NCBI GenBank assembly: GCA_018985225.1
Contig: JADGIF010000017.1
Coordinates: 1-32,000, forward strand
Length of the DNA stretch: 32,000 nucleotides
Direction of reading: 5' to 3'
DNA from: Amoeboradix gromovi X-113
Lineage: Eukaryota; Fungi; Sanchytriomycota
The first letter of the stretch is position 1. Each line of letters starts with the position of its first letter. This document shows, one piece after another, positions 1-10,491 of this stretch. Both the position numbers and the translations under genes were made by a program. The notes under the pieces were generated by a model. It was not told the origin of the DNA and made no database searches. It saw only the letters and a program-made list of their open reading frames with translations.

Positions 1-250
1 CAACTTGGAGAGATAGCATTTGAGCATGTTCTTGCCTACATTATTTTGAAGTACCTGGATTGATATCTCTATGGTCTTGGTGACCGCATTGCTGACAATT
101 GACGCAACGATTGGATCCTTTCATAACGCTTGCAGCTACAAGTGTTGGACACATCATATTGTTTTTGAATGGTCGCAACTCTAACGAACTGAGTTCTTTT
201 CATTTCGCATATTCTGATGCGATAAAATTGCACTGAGTGGTAGATCTGCA
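1..250 (-). pseudogene. Possible decayed TnpB/Fanzor C-terminal fragment (zinc ribbon plus RuvC-III), truncated by the window edge
   Basis: Minus strand reads QFYRIRICEMKRTQFVRV...SNTCSC (TCSC at 143-132). After a frameshift it reads SVMKGSNRCVNCQQCGHQDHRDINP (CQQCG at 97-83, HRDIN at 73-59). Removing a 19-nt GT..AG segment (54-36) gives DINPGKNMLKCYLSKL. This resembles the TSxxCxxC...CxxCG..xRDxNAAxN motif, but it is degenerate. Confidence 0.4.
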
Positions 251-472
251 AAGTGTTGAATGGTGACAAAATACCAGTACCAATAAAAAGAAGTCCTATG
301 ATACTGAGTGTTGTTTCTTTTTTGTCTTTTTCACTTTCACGCCAACGGTAAAATTTACGGACAATTGGCATTCTAAAGGATTCAAGGAGCGTATATGCCC
401 AGAAGCCCCATAATTCCCAAAAAGAGATAAACTGAATAAAATGCAGCGATGTAGCCAAACATATTTATTAAT

Positions 473-1560
473 TCACAAAATTCCACTTTCCTTTAGCGCA
501 TTTTGCAGGATTGTATCTTTTACCGCAGCAAATACTAAATTAATAATAGATTACCCAGCCTAATATTCGATGTATCTGTTGCACATGTTAAATGCGGATA
601 TATTTTTAGTTTCGCTCTATTTACATTTGAAAACTTTCCCAGTACGTACTTCGTTGCCTTGTTGAAGTCATCTCCTCCAGAATAATCAGGAAAATACTTT
701 TCTAGTGGTACTTGTGGGAGTTTCGCTTTAAATAAATCCACCTTATTCAAAAATAATATCATGGATGACCGGACAAACCATCTTGAGTTAATTACTGACT
801 CAAACAAGATAATAGACTCATTCATTCTGTTTTGCTTACTGTCTTCTAGCAATGACTGGTCATACTCAGATAGAGATGTAATAAAAATCACAGATGTTAC
901 ACCTTCGAAGCAGTGAATCCACTTCTTTCTTTCACTTCTTTGGCCTCCTACATCGAACATATGAATTGCAAGCTGGCCCATGTGAAATCGAGTCTCAACT
1001 ATTCCGGTTGTCTTAATTCGTGCCCGAAGAATATCCTGCTCATTTGGAACGTAATTTGTCTGACAAATACGCTTCACTTCACTAAAAAAGTAGGGTGCAC
1101 TATCCAATAAGTAGAATTCAGATGATCTCTTTAATGCTTCTTGAACAACTGGGTCCGACCATAAACTGGTAATTATATCTGCATGTTCCTGATTAAGAGC
1201 CAGTTGGTTTGTATCCTTTTGTCCCTCAGTCAATTCCTGGAATCTCTTGACCAACTTTTTGTTTTTTTCGACTCTCCAATTTAATCCTAATTTTACCAAG
1301 GCATCCGTAAACAATTTAATACTCAAAACTATATTCGCGTATATAGTAGGTTTAAATGACAAAGACTCTTGCGTATTATATCCATTCATGTGTATAATTT
1401 TCATTTGTCTTACGATGGTCGATTTCCCTGATTCCCCTGCTCCTAACAGCAAAATCTTACACTCCCTCTTATACTTCTCTGCATCTCTCATTAATTGATC
1501 TTCAATATCTTGATTTCTTTGTTTGGCTCTTCGAAGTTCACCAGAACAGACTGCTCCCAT
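473..1560 (-). CDS. Heterotrimeric G protein alpha subunit, fungal group III (Gpa2/GNA-3-like); 2 exons (1560-555, 534-473)
   Basis: MGxxCS N-terminal acylation motif, GAGESGKS, RxxTTGI, DVGGQR, NKVD, TCAT. Removing the 20-nt intron 535-554 restores the C-terminus [24 protein letters not shown]. Confidence 0.96.
535..554 (-). other. 20-nt spliceosomal intron (gtaatctattattaatttag)
   Basis: GT-AG boundaries; removal restores the conserved G-alpha C-terminus. Confidence 0.92.
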
Positions 1561-1686
1561 TCTTTCACGTGTTTTAGAATGTTTTAAAAGCCATTTTTAA
1601 AATACTTGATGAAAGGTGATGTTTTGACGACTTCGATAACAAGGCCTTAATAAATTCATTAGATATTAAATTATTTATTTAGTCTC

Positions 1687-4551
1687 CTATTCATCCTCTA
1701 GTTTTAATGTATCAATCCAATCCGCCATCAATTTACCATTCACTTTTAGCCATTTATTCTTGTTATATGCGTGCTCTAAGCCCTCCATTGCTGCTTTATC
1801 AGCCAAGGGACCATGTTCTACTTTGCTGCACTTTCCATTGATAAAGAATTCTTCTGCATCCTTTATCATGCTCATACTGGTCATCTCACTCGTAATTAAT
1901 GTTATAAATCTGTTGATGCCACTAAACATGCCTCCACTGTTACTTAATTGTTCGTAGTTATCCCGTAGCCACGTCCATCCGATTAACACGCCCATTGGTG
2001 GTTTTAGCACCACTAGACTCATTAATCGTACCGCATCCTGACTTCTAACCATATCGCTTGTACTTAATTCTAGAGTCTTGATGCTTAAGTGACCTTGTAG
2101 TGAACTACTTAGCGCCACTAATAATCGGTATTGCTCCTGTGCAAATATACTGTTTAAATACTTGTTGAGTACTATGTTATACTCGTGCTCGTATCCATAC
2201 ATTACTGCTGCTACATTGCAAATGTGTTCCAGTTCAATCTGCAAGTCATCGGGTGCATTTGCAAACAATGCTTTAGCCTGATCAATTACCATTTTGTTGC
2301 CGTAGATTATAGCTTCATTCAACAACATGGACTGCAACAGTTGGTCCATGAATGTAGGTTGCTCGTTGAACTGATACTCTTCTACCTTTCTTTTGATTAG
2401 CCATCTTATATATAGTTTGAACTCGCTATAGTATGGACTCTGTTTCAACACGCTGTTCAGCTCGTTGAATCTATTGACACTAGAAGCCCACACAATGTAG
2501 TCGTCCTCATTAACTAACAGCTGCGTAATACTCAATAGCTCCATTTTACCTTGTAAACTCATCAGTAAAGCTAAGCCATCTTCAATAATCCCTGCTCTAT
2601 CTAGGTTGCTCATAAATGTAGGGTTAGCATTAAACCACTCCATTAATACACTAATGGGATAGTTATATTTGCATCTATAATACCCCTGCTGGTTCACGTT
2701 CCCTTTCACTATGACATGGCCGTTGCCCACATATTTACCAATGTCGACTTCTACTTCCTTACTTTTGATTAGTATAAACAATACTGGACTGCTTTTAATA
2801 TCGCCTGTTATGTTTGTGTATATTTGATATGAAAATGGTATGATCCACGTTGCATTACTGCTTTCCCCATTTATCATGAATCTACTTTGCTTTAATATCA
2901 TCGTTTTTCCTCGTAAAGCAATGTCAATTATTGGGTACCCTGGCTGCTCTGTCCATGTATTCATAATAGTGCTTATAGTTGGATTTTCACTGGATGCATC
3001 GGATACAGCATCAAACGCGTCCCACAAATCATTTCTATTAGCATTACCATACGCATGTTTATGCAGGTACAGGTTGAGACCTTGAAAGAATGGTGATGGC
3101 ACACCCGGTGACTTTACTTGAGCTGCATGTCCATGATTGATGTAGTATTCTATCATTTTTAAACAGCTTCCTGCCTTGCTATAACTAATGCCATCAAATA
3201 TCTTGCTGATTTCGGATGGCGTTGAGACATTGAAATGGATAGGATGGGTGTTAATTGTGGCATCGACATCAAGTGCTCTAACAGTATCCATGATATAGAA
3301 CTGGTCGTTGATATGCCATGACGCATTGACAGCGCGAGTACCTTTGTATTCCATCAACGTAGCAAACCCTTCATTAAGAAATAGTTCATCCCAGTACTGC
3401 ATTGTAACCAGATTGCCGAACCATTGATGAGCTAGTTCATGTGCTACTACAGTTGCAACACGCTGATAGTTTGTATTACTTGACTTATCAGGATCAATCA
3501 ATAACGCCGTGTCTCTAAAAGTGATTAAACCCCAGTTCTCCATTGCACCAGCCGAAAAGTCAGGAATAGCTACCAGATCTAGCTTAGCTAGCGGGTATTC
3601 AATGTCAAATAGTCTAGTGTACTCTTGCAACACTGTCTTAGCAGCCAACAAGGCATAGTTACCTTGGTATTGCATAGACTGCCTAGTCCATACCGTTACA
3701 GCAATTTTGTTGTAATACACTGTATCTGTAGATTCAAACTGACTGATAATAAATGCCACCAAGTAGGAGGACATCTTTGGAGTGTCTTTGAATATCCAGC
3801 GTCGCTTATTCTCGTAGGCACTGAGGGTGTTTGAAGCTACTGGCATATTACTCAAGGCCTTATATTTCAACGGGACGTGGAGGGTAATGCTAAATACGGC
3901 TTTCTTATCTGGTTCATCGAAACTAGGGAATGCCCTTCTGGCATCCGTCGCCTCAAACTGGGTTGTTGCCATGTAAAAATATCTGGAAGTTGGTGATGTT
4001 TTGTATTTACTCAGATAGAATCCAGATAGATCCGTATTCAAACGGTATTTGTAGTACATTGAGAGAGTATAGTTATTTGGTGTCAAGTATGAATTAAACG
4101 AAAGGATGTAGTACTCCATTTTATCGTTGTATTGGATTTTATCGATTGAATTACCTGCTAAAATGATATCAGACACATTCATACCCACAGCGTGGAACAC
4201 TACAATATTTGTCTTGGTATGAACTTTAAATTGAATTGTTGAATTGCCCATAACAACTGGAACATGATTATTAGATCCAGGCATGTCTACATTCAATTCA
4301 ATCGTGTATTTTATAGGAGTTATACAGCATGGTAATCTGAAATTGTTAAATGGTAAAGATGCACCTGAGTCATTGCTGGAATCTTTTGATTGGTCATGGA
4401 TGGCTGAGATTGGAGTTGAACGGTTAAATGCTGTTAAAGATGCTATAACCATAAACGCCAATGTTGCAATGAGCGCAACCTTGATTCTGATGTTGGAATA
4501 TCTAGGAAGTGGTTCCTTCTTAACGAGAGGCTGATATTCCTGAAATCGCAT
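1687..4551 (-). CDS. M1-family zinc aminopeptidase (aminopeptidase N-like) with N-terminal membrane anchor
   Basis: TQFEATDARRAFPSFDEP, GAMENWG, HELAHQWFG..NEGFA (HExxH..E), hydrophobic N-terminal segment, ERAP1-C-like tail. Confidence 0.95.
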   Translation of the reverse strand: MRFQEYQPLVKKEPLPRYSNIRIKVALIATLAFMVIASLTAFNRSTPISAIHDQSKDSSNDSGASLPFNNFRLPCCITPIKYTIELNVDMPGSNNHVPVVMGNSTIQFKVHTKTNIVVFHAVGMNVSDIILAGNSIDKIQYNDKMEYYILSFNSYLTPNNYTLSMYYKYRLNTDLSGFYLSKYKTSPTSRYFYMATTQFEATDARRAFPSFDEPDKKAVFSITLHVPLKYKALSNMPVASNTLSAYENKRRWIFKDTPKMSSYLVAFIISQFESTDTVYYNKIAVTVWTRQSMQYQGNYALLAAKTVLQEYTRLFDIEYPLAKLDLVAIPDFSAGAMENWGLITFRDTALLIDPDKSSNTNYQRVATVVAHELAHQWFGNLVTMQYWDELFLNEGFATLMEYKGTRAVNASWHINDQFYIMDTVRALDVDATINTHPIHFNVSTPSEISKIFDGISYSKAGSCLKMIEYYINHGHAAQVKSPGVPSPFFQGLNLYLHKHAYGNANRNDLWDAFDAVSDASSENPTISTIMNTWTEQPGYPIIDIALRGKTMILKQSRFMINGESSNATWIIPFSYQIYTNITGDIKSSPVLFILIKSKEVEVDIGKYVGNGHVIVKGNVNQQGYYRCKYNYPISVLMEWFNANPTFMSNLDRAGIIEDGLALLMSLQGKMELLSITQLLVNEDDYIVWASSVNRFNELNSVLKQSPYYSEFKLYIRWLIKRKVEEYQFNEQPTFMDQLLQSMLLNEAIIYGNKMVIDQAKALFANAPDDLQIELEHICNVAAVMYGYEHEYNIVLNKYLNSIFAQEQYRLLVALSSSLQGHLSIKTLELSTSDMVRSQDAVRLMSLVVLKPPMGVLIGWTWLRDNYEQLSNSGGMFSGINRFITLITSEMTSMSMIKDAEEFFINGKCSKVEHGPLADKAAMEGLEHAYNKNKWLKVNGKLMADWIDTLKLEDE

Positions 4552-4611
4552 GATGTGTTTGAGAATGGCGATAATAAAATAATAAATCAGAGTTACATAA
4601 AATAAATTTAA

Positions 4612-5685
4612 TTAACGAAAAGCTTTCTTAAACAAATCAGTTAATTTTGAGGATTTTGAGATGGGAGAAACAAGGTATGGATAAACCTGAGGATGTTTGG
4701 AAATGTTGGAAATTGTAGTCCGCTTTGAAGGATCCTTGTATAGCAGTTCCTTTAATATTAAATGATAGCTTGAGGTTATGGGTGGATAGGACGGCTCAAA
4801 ATTGTTGACTTGCTCATAGAGATCTGGAATACAATCCGCATTCCAGGGTAGGTGACCATGAAATAGGCAATATAAAGTCACGCCAAGAGCGAATATGTCA
4901 ATTTTAGTGCCATCAATACGCTTCAACTGTCTTACTTCTGGTGGAGTGAATGCAGGTGTTGTTTCCTTCGGAGAATCGATAATTAACTGTTTACCAAAAG
5001 GAACACAAACTGACATTCCAAAATCACTCAACTTGATATCTCCATCGAAGCAGACAAGGATGTTGTCTGGTTTTATGTCACAGTGAATTATTCTGCTGTT
5101 ATGGAGGAAAGATACAGCATCAAGCATCTGTCCGAAAACACGTAAACACTCACTTGGGTGTAGTGGAGTGGTAGAAGTTTGGGACTCTATATGCATGATA
5201 GGGCCTTTACAAAGCTCAAAGACTAAGTATATTGAATCTGCTTTAGGATCATCTAGTACGTCATAAAGTTTTGTAATTCGAGGATGTTCAATCGCTTTTA
5301 AAATTGTAACTTCATTAGCAAAAGTAATGCGAGGATTGTAGAACTCAAATCTTTTCATTATCTTCCTAGATATTACCTTGCAAGCATAATGTTTGTGGTC
5401 TATTGTGCTTAAAACCTGAATAACCTTTCCAAATGAGCCTTGTCCTATTGTGTTTAGCACTATGTAATGATTTATAATGTCATATTGTGCAGTCTTTGTT
5501 GTCAAGATTGAGTTTGATAGTCCTGGAGATGATCTAGTCCTTGTTCTAGTATGACTTTGATTTGGAGCTGAAAATCTTCTAATTCCAGTATAGCTTGATA
5601 TCCTTGAATGTTCAGTCTGCTCAGATTTCCTATGCAACTTGGGATTGGATGAGTTAATGGCATCTTTAGAATCAATAATTTCCAT
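4612..5685 (-). CDS. Ser/Thr protein kinase, CAMKK/Ssp1/Sak1-like
   Basis: GQGSFG, ACK, VLDDPxxxSIYLVFE, HCDIKPDN, DFG, TPAFxPPE, DIFALGVTLY. Confidence 0.85.
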   Translation of the reverse strand: MEIIDSKDAINSSNPKLHRKSEQTEHSRISSYTGIRRFSAPNQSHTRTRTRSSPGLSNSILTTKTAQYDIINHYIVLNTIGQGSFGKVIQVLSTIDHKHYACKVISRKIMKRFEFYNPRITFANEVTILKAIEHPRITKLYDVLDDPKADSIYLVFELCKGPIMHIESQTSTTPLHPSECLRVFGQMLDAVSFLHNSRIIHCDIKPDNILVCFDGDIKLSDFGMSVCVPFGKQLIIDSPKETTPAFTPPEVRQLKRIDGTKIDIFALGVTLYCLFHGHLPWNADCIPDLYEQVNNFEPSYPPITSSYHLILKELLYKDPSKRTTISNISKHPQVYPYLVSPISKSSKLTDLFKKAFR

Positions 5686-5949
5686 AATTCAGAAAAATGA
5701 AAAACCGTCTGCCAATTTCGGAACGCGTTTTTGTTTTTATATGCAGAAATTCAAGATCGCATAAAACAAAAGGGACAAATTCCATGACTCGCTTAAATTG
5801 TTAATTAATTAATAAAGAATCAAACCGATCTACTCTTTTGTTCAGCTACAATCCCCAACTATTGTTTCCGACCATAGGCAGGTCAGAACGAATTGAACTA
5901 ACTAGAAGTGCTGACATATAATAGTAAATTCATTTATTTTAATTAACTT

Positions 5950-8348
5950 TTAAACGTTTTGAATGAACAACTGTCTTACCTGCTTTGCCTCTGTCTCCAA
6001 TTCTTGTGTTAATTGGCATTGATCTAAAAACGCCAGCATCCATGCAGACTTCAACTGGTTTGTAATCTGTCCGTTGTTGTTCGTAAACGGCAATATATCT
6101 TTTAACAGTCCCAACAATGACTTATACAGCTGGACATCCCTAACATAAACATCCTCTGCACATTTATTCACAAATTGCACTATAAATGGCACTAATGAAT
6201 CCAAAATATGTTCTATATTAATATTGACATACGCTGCTCTCTCATGGCCCACAACAACTCGGTCAAACAGTCCGCGGTTGCTTGTCGCAGTTCTAAAGTA
6301 AAATCAACATCCTCATCTACACTCATAGCCGCTTGCAATATCGAAGCTATGTTACTTAGATAGGGTTCAAATCGGTTTCCCATTGTTGCTGCTATGTCTC
6401 CCAAACAAGTTAATATTACAGGCTTAACATGTTTATCTACCTCTGTGTTTTGTAGCAGTTGAAATAACGGCTCAATATACCCTAATATAAACTGACTGTT
6501 CATTTTACTTACATCGCTCAACAAATAAATCGCATTTCTTAACAAGCTGGGTGAATTAACTTGTTTCAACGCTTGATTCAAATGCTCCTGTAGGTGGCCA
6601 AGATATCTGTTAAAATCGTTGGTAAGTACAATAGTTCCCATTATTCTAAAACAGTCCTCTGGGATCTTTCCGAATGCCATCATCAATGACTGCATAACTT
6701 GATCTATTAATTCAATTGGTACAGATGGTCCTAATCTAGCAATAACCCGCTCTATCAAGCAACCCATATTCTCTAAATGTTCCTCAATACTATCCATTTG
6801 AATAATTAGCTGGCAAGCCGCGTTGAATGACTGCAAAGCCATAGAACCTACTTGGTTCACAAACTCAAGCTCAGGGGAGTATTTGATAAAGTATTCCAAT
6901 GTTTCGGTGGCCGCTCTTCTCAGTCTGCTAGTTTCATTGGGAATTGGCATACCCGACATGGTTATTAATAAAGGACCTGTCTGCTTAATAATTTCACTGG
7001 AAATAGGTGGATTGTGCTTAATGAACAGACTAAGCCCTATACAAGAGAATAGCTTCACTCCTTCATCCATCATTAGCCCATTATGCAGTGCTTGTAAGAT
7101 TAGCGGATAATGATTTTGATATACGAATGGAAGTATCTTGTTGCAAATCAATCCTATCACCCACATGCAAGTCTCTGTTAGTGCTGATTCATTAATTAAT
7201 CCGACCACAATAGGTAGAGCGCCATTTACGATGTGACCTATATACTCTGGTTTAGGACCATCTAATATACAGCCAAATGCGGTAACAGCTGCTTGTTTAC
7301 ATTTCCAATCATCTGCATTAATGTTTTGTTCTATAAATGGGACCACTTCATTGGCAACATCGTCACCTAAAAGCTGGGAGTAGAGGGTCAAGCAAGTAAC
7401 CGCAGAAGTGTATATGCACCATTCGTCTTTGTCTACATGTTCACAGTTTGTCAAAAGCCACAGCAATATCGGAATTATCTGTTTCATGTACTGACCGCTA
7501 AAGTTCAAATTCTGCTTGTCCTGGAACTCTAAAATATTCAATTCTTCATCGCAAATAGATGACCAGAACTCAATAGCTTGCAAAGTAACTTGCTCGTCTT
7601 GATGCGTAACACCAAACTGCATAGCCGCGGTTGTAAGACCAATCAGTGCAGATTTCATGTAAGGCTCCATGAATTCATAATACAAAGTCACAATCTTTAC
7701 AAGACATTCAAAGGCAACAGCTCTGACAGCAGGATCTTTATAAATACAGCAAGTGCAAACAGTTTCCATAATATAATTCCGCTCACCTTCCACACTAAAA
7801 TTACCTTTTATGAATACTAGTGAATTGTTAAGAGCATTAATAGAGGCACGTTTAATTTTGTTAGAGTCTTGGTTAGCGCCATATATAACAGCAGTTAAAA
7901 TAGGATTAGCAAAGTTTTGTAAAAATATGGGATCAACACATTCGCAAATATAGCCAATGCAGTTTAAAGCGTTCGCCTTTTTATTCTCAGAATTCGGCGA
8001 TTGAATTATTTGCATCAAAATTGGTACAACCTGCCAGTGGTCACCTTCTAAAGCAGAGATCGCGCTTATAGCATTTGGCGCCATTTGTGATTCAAGCAGT
8101 TCCAGCAACACAATGTGTAGCTGATTTCTGATATGGGAATCAACGGCCAAGTACTCTCTGCTACGCTTATCACATATACGTTTAATGAGTAACATACATC
8201 CGCTTGTCAACTGGTCGCTTTTATTAGCATGTAATAAATCGCAAATTGATTTTACTCCAACATTTAAATCCGACAACATTGACTCAAGTTGTAGCTCTGC
8301 ATTTGCGTTACCTTGTAAGGAATTTAACAGTACATCTTCAAGAGACAT
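5950..8348 (-). CDS. KAP95: Importin beta-1 (Kap95-like) HEAT-repeat karyopherin; 2 exons (8348-6233, 6212-5950)
   Basis: IGYICE, EGERNYIM, QAIEFWSSICDEE, AFGCILDGP, VKPVILTCLGDIA. The two ORFs are joined in frame by the 20-nt intron 6213-6232. Confidence 0.92.
6213..6232 (-). other. 20-nt spliceosomal intron (gtatgtcaatattaatatag)
   Basis: GTATGT donor and TAG acceptor; removal fuses the 711-aa and 100-aa ORFs in frame. Confidence 0.88.
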
Positions 8349-8639
8349 TGTTTTGAAAAATAAAGAAACAAGTGAGGCATCAAATATGATAACTAGACTA
8401 TGTCGAAATCCTTATTGCATGTATGTTAATGTTTGGATTCCATAAAAGACGAGAGGGTAAATTTGAAAACTGGACAGAGTATTTGCAAAAAAGGTGACAG
8501 AGCAAATTTATTTAACAGAGTGTATTATGTTGATTAGGATGCTATTCAGCTTAGAAAACAGTACATTCTTTATTAAGCGATACTCTTTTTTGTCTGAGAA
8601 TGTGAAATGCAATTATAGAAAGATATATTAAAGAAGCAT

Positions 8640-8936
8640 CAGAAATTGAAAGATTATGGTAAAAGCAATTTATTGTGGGACGAAAATTACCAGGAGAGTG
8701 TCGAAGGTACTCAGAGTCTTGCAAATAAGAAACTGATCTACTTGGAAGGAGAGTATATACTATTTACACCAGAATACAATACTTCTAAAGAATGTTATAG
8801 CTTTCGGGGAATGATGAAAATTATTCGTATGCTAGCTCATTCTCTATGATGTATTTGTTGCTAGAGATGTGAATGCGTGATACAAGAATTTCAAGTCATA
8901 GATAGCCAATGTGAAAATATTGAAAGACCAAGTTAG
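8640..8936 (+). pseudogene. Decayed Fanzor1-like (TnpB-family) nuclease, C-terminal half
   Basis: YGKSNLLWDEN..GTQSLANKKL..ILFTPEYNTSKECYSF (EYNTSK at 8772-8789), then CICC (8850-8861). After a frameshift: ARDVNA* (RDVNA at 8863-8877). Then ENIERPS* (ERPS* at 8922-8936). The motif order matches RuvC-II E-x-x-TSK-x-C, Zn finger, RuvC-III RDxNA, terminal RP. Confidence 0.65.
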
Positions 8937-8954
8937 TAGACAGGAAATGATAGC

Positions 8955-9015
8955 AGATATGTGGCCTAATCTAATGCCCACTTTAAAGCTTGCAAGTTTT
9001 GCTTTTAAAGCGGTA
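8955..9015 (+). ncRNA. Candidate omegaRNA scaffold remnant downstream of the Fanzor1-like pseudogene
   Basis: Adjacent hairpins: GTGG..CCAC (8961-8981) and CTTTAAAGC..GCTTTTAAAG (8981-9010). They sit immediately 3' of the nuclease remnant, where Fanzor omegaRNAs are found. Confidence 0.3.
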
Positions 9016-9055
9016 TGTAATCCTAAAGCTATAAAATGAAACTTTTATTAAAAAG

Positions 9056-10090
9056 CTAAACATCGATGTTTAACTTATCATGCATAATCTTTTGGAACAT
9101 TTCAGGACCGCTTAAATACTTTGAGAGTTCTTTTTTGATATCGGTTGGACAATCATCGAGACAAGGGCTATTGCATTTGTTGAATGTTTCCGAAGTTATC
9201 AAAACACCTCTGCGAGATAAGTTATGGATTAATAAGCTCTCCTTATTGCAAAACTTGGGTAGTGGTCTTCTAAACTTCCGATTATGATCAAAAATATTAG
9301 GCTTGATTCCGTCGTTGTCAACCATTTCAACATTCAGCCCAGCAATCCAGATTCCCAGAAGAGCATCTTCGTTGCTCATATATTTTAACCACCCTTCGCT
9401 ATCCTGTTGAACTAGCCAATGAACAACATCGAAACTTAGAGCATACCCAGCGCCAGCCATGTACATTGGATAGTGAGAAGAGGTGTAATCTTTATTAGCC
9501 CATGGGCCTTTTCTATATACAACACCATTTTTGTAGATTTTGCCAATAACAGTTTTGTTGGGCTGGTATTTGTTTAAAAGCTGTTCAAACCTTATAGCGT
9601 TGATCCAAACATCAGTGTCAGTCTTCAGTATCCATTTTAAGCCATTGAAGAGTTCCAAATGAGAATCAATGTATTTGTATATCTCAACCATTTTACGACT
9701 TAGTAGGTGGTAATCCTCTGAAAAGTCTAATAGTACTATATCATTGTTTTGAGAAGCCTCCAGTTGTAAGGCAGTGCTGTCCTGGCTATTTAAATTGTTC
9801 TTTCCTATAAAAAATAGTAGCTTCATGCTAGATGGTAACGTTTTCTTCCAAGTGGATCGAATGGCTTTTCTGTAGTGATATTGCACCTGGGTGGTAACTG
9901 ATGGGATCACAATCAAAGTGCTAAATTCCTCCTCAACAACTGGGATTGATTCTGCGATAATTATTGTTGGGGCCTTTTCTTTAGGTATGAAGAATAAAAA
10001 CAAAGACAGCAACAGCAGCAATCCGATGAATGTTTTAAATCGCATACTCGCAAACATTGTAATCTGTTTTTTATCTTTGAGATATTTCAT
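9056..10090 (-). CDS. GT31 beta-1,3-galactosyltransferase-like type II membrane glycosyltransferase (start codon uncertain)
   Basis: TM anchor, RKAIRSTW, DIVLLDFSEDY, KTDTDV (DxD), YPMYMAGAGYALS, EDALLGIW. Confidence 0.88.
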   Translation of the reverse strand: MKYLKDKKQITMFASMRFKTFIGLLLLLSLFLFFIPKEKAPTIIIAESIPVVEEEFSTLIVIPSVTTQVQYHYRKAIRSTWKKTLPSSMKLLFFIGKNNLNSQDSTALQLEASQNNDIVLLDFSEDYHLLSRKMVEIYKYIDSHLELFNGLKWILKTDTDVWINAIRFEQLLNKYQPNKTVIGKIYKNGVVYRKGPWANKDYTSSHYPMYMAGAGYALSFDVVHWLVQQDSEGWLKYMSNEDALLGIWIAGLNVEMVDNDGIKPNIFDHNRKFRRPLPKFCNKESLLIHNLSRRGVLITSETFNKCNSPCLDDCPTDIKKELSKYLSGPEMFQKIMHDKLNIDV

Positions 10091-10491
10091 GCCTTTTGGT
10101 GTTGGGGTGTTTGGTTTGGGTTTTGTTTTATCGGCATTACGTATCCACGAATCACGATCGTGCAAGTAATTGCCAATCACGAATTCATCAGAGCTATGAG
10201 AATTATCATTAAAATTAAATTTCTAAAGTGGGATCGCTTTAGAAAAAACTTTGATACAAAAGTTTTGAGCCATGACGAATTATAAACACAGCAAGTTAGA
10301 TCAAGAGCTACTAGTGAATACAACTGTAGTTATAGTAGGTGAAAGTAGAATTCCTTAATGCAAGATTATTTGACTTCATAAGTATCAATTGACTCTGAAG
10401 AGAGTCGGCTAAGTAATTTTTACGAGGGGAGTCCCAAGTGATATGTGCTTACGGTCAACTTTTGGAGTTACTGATAAAATTGAAACGTTTA

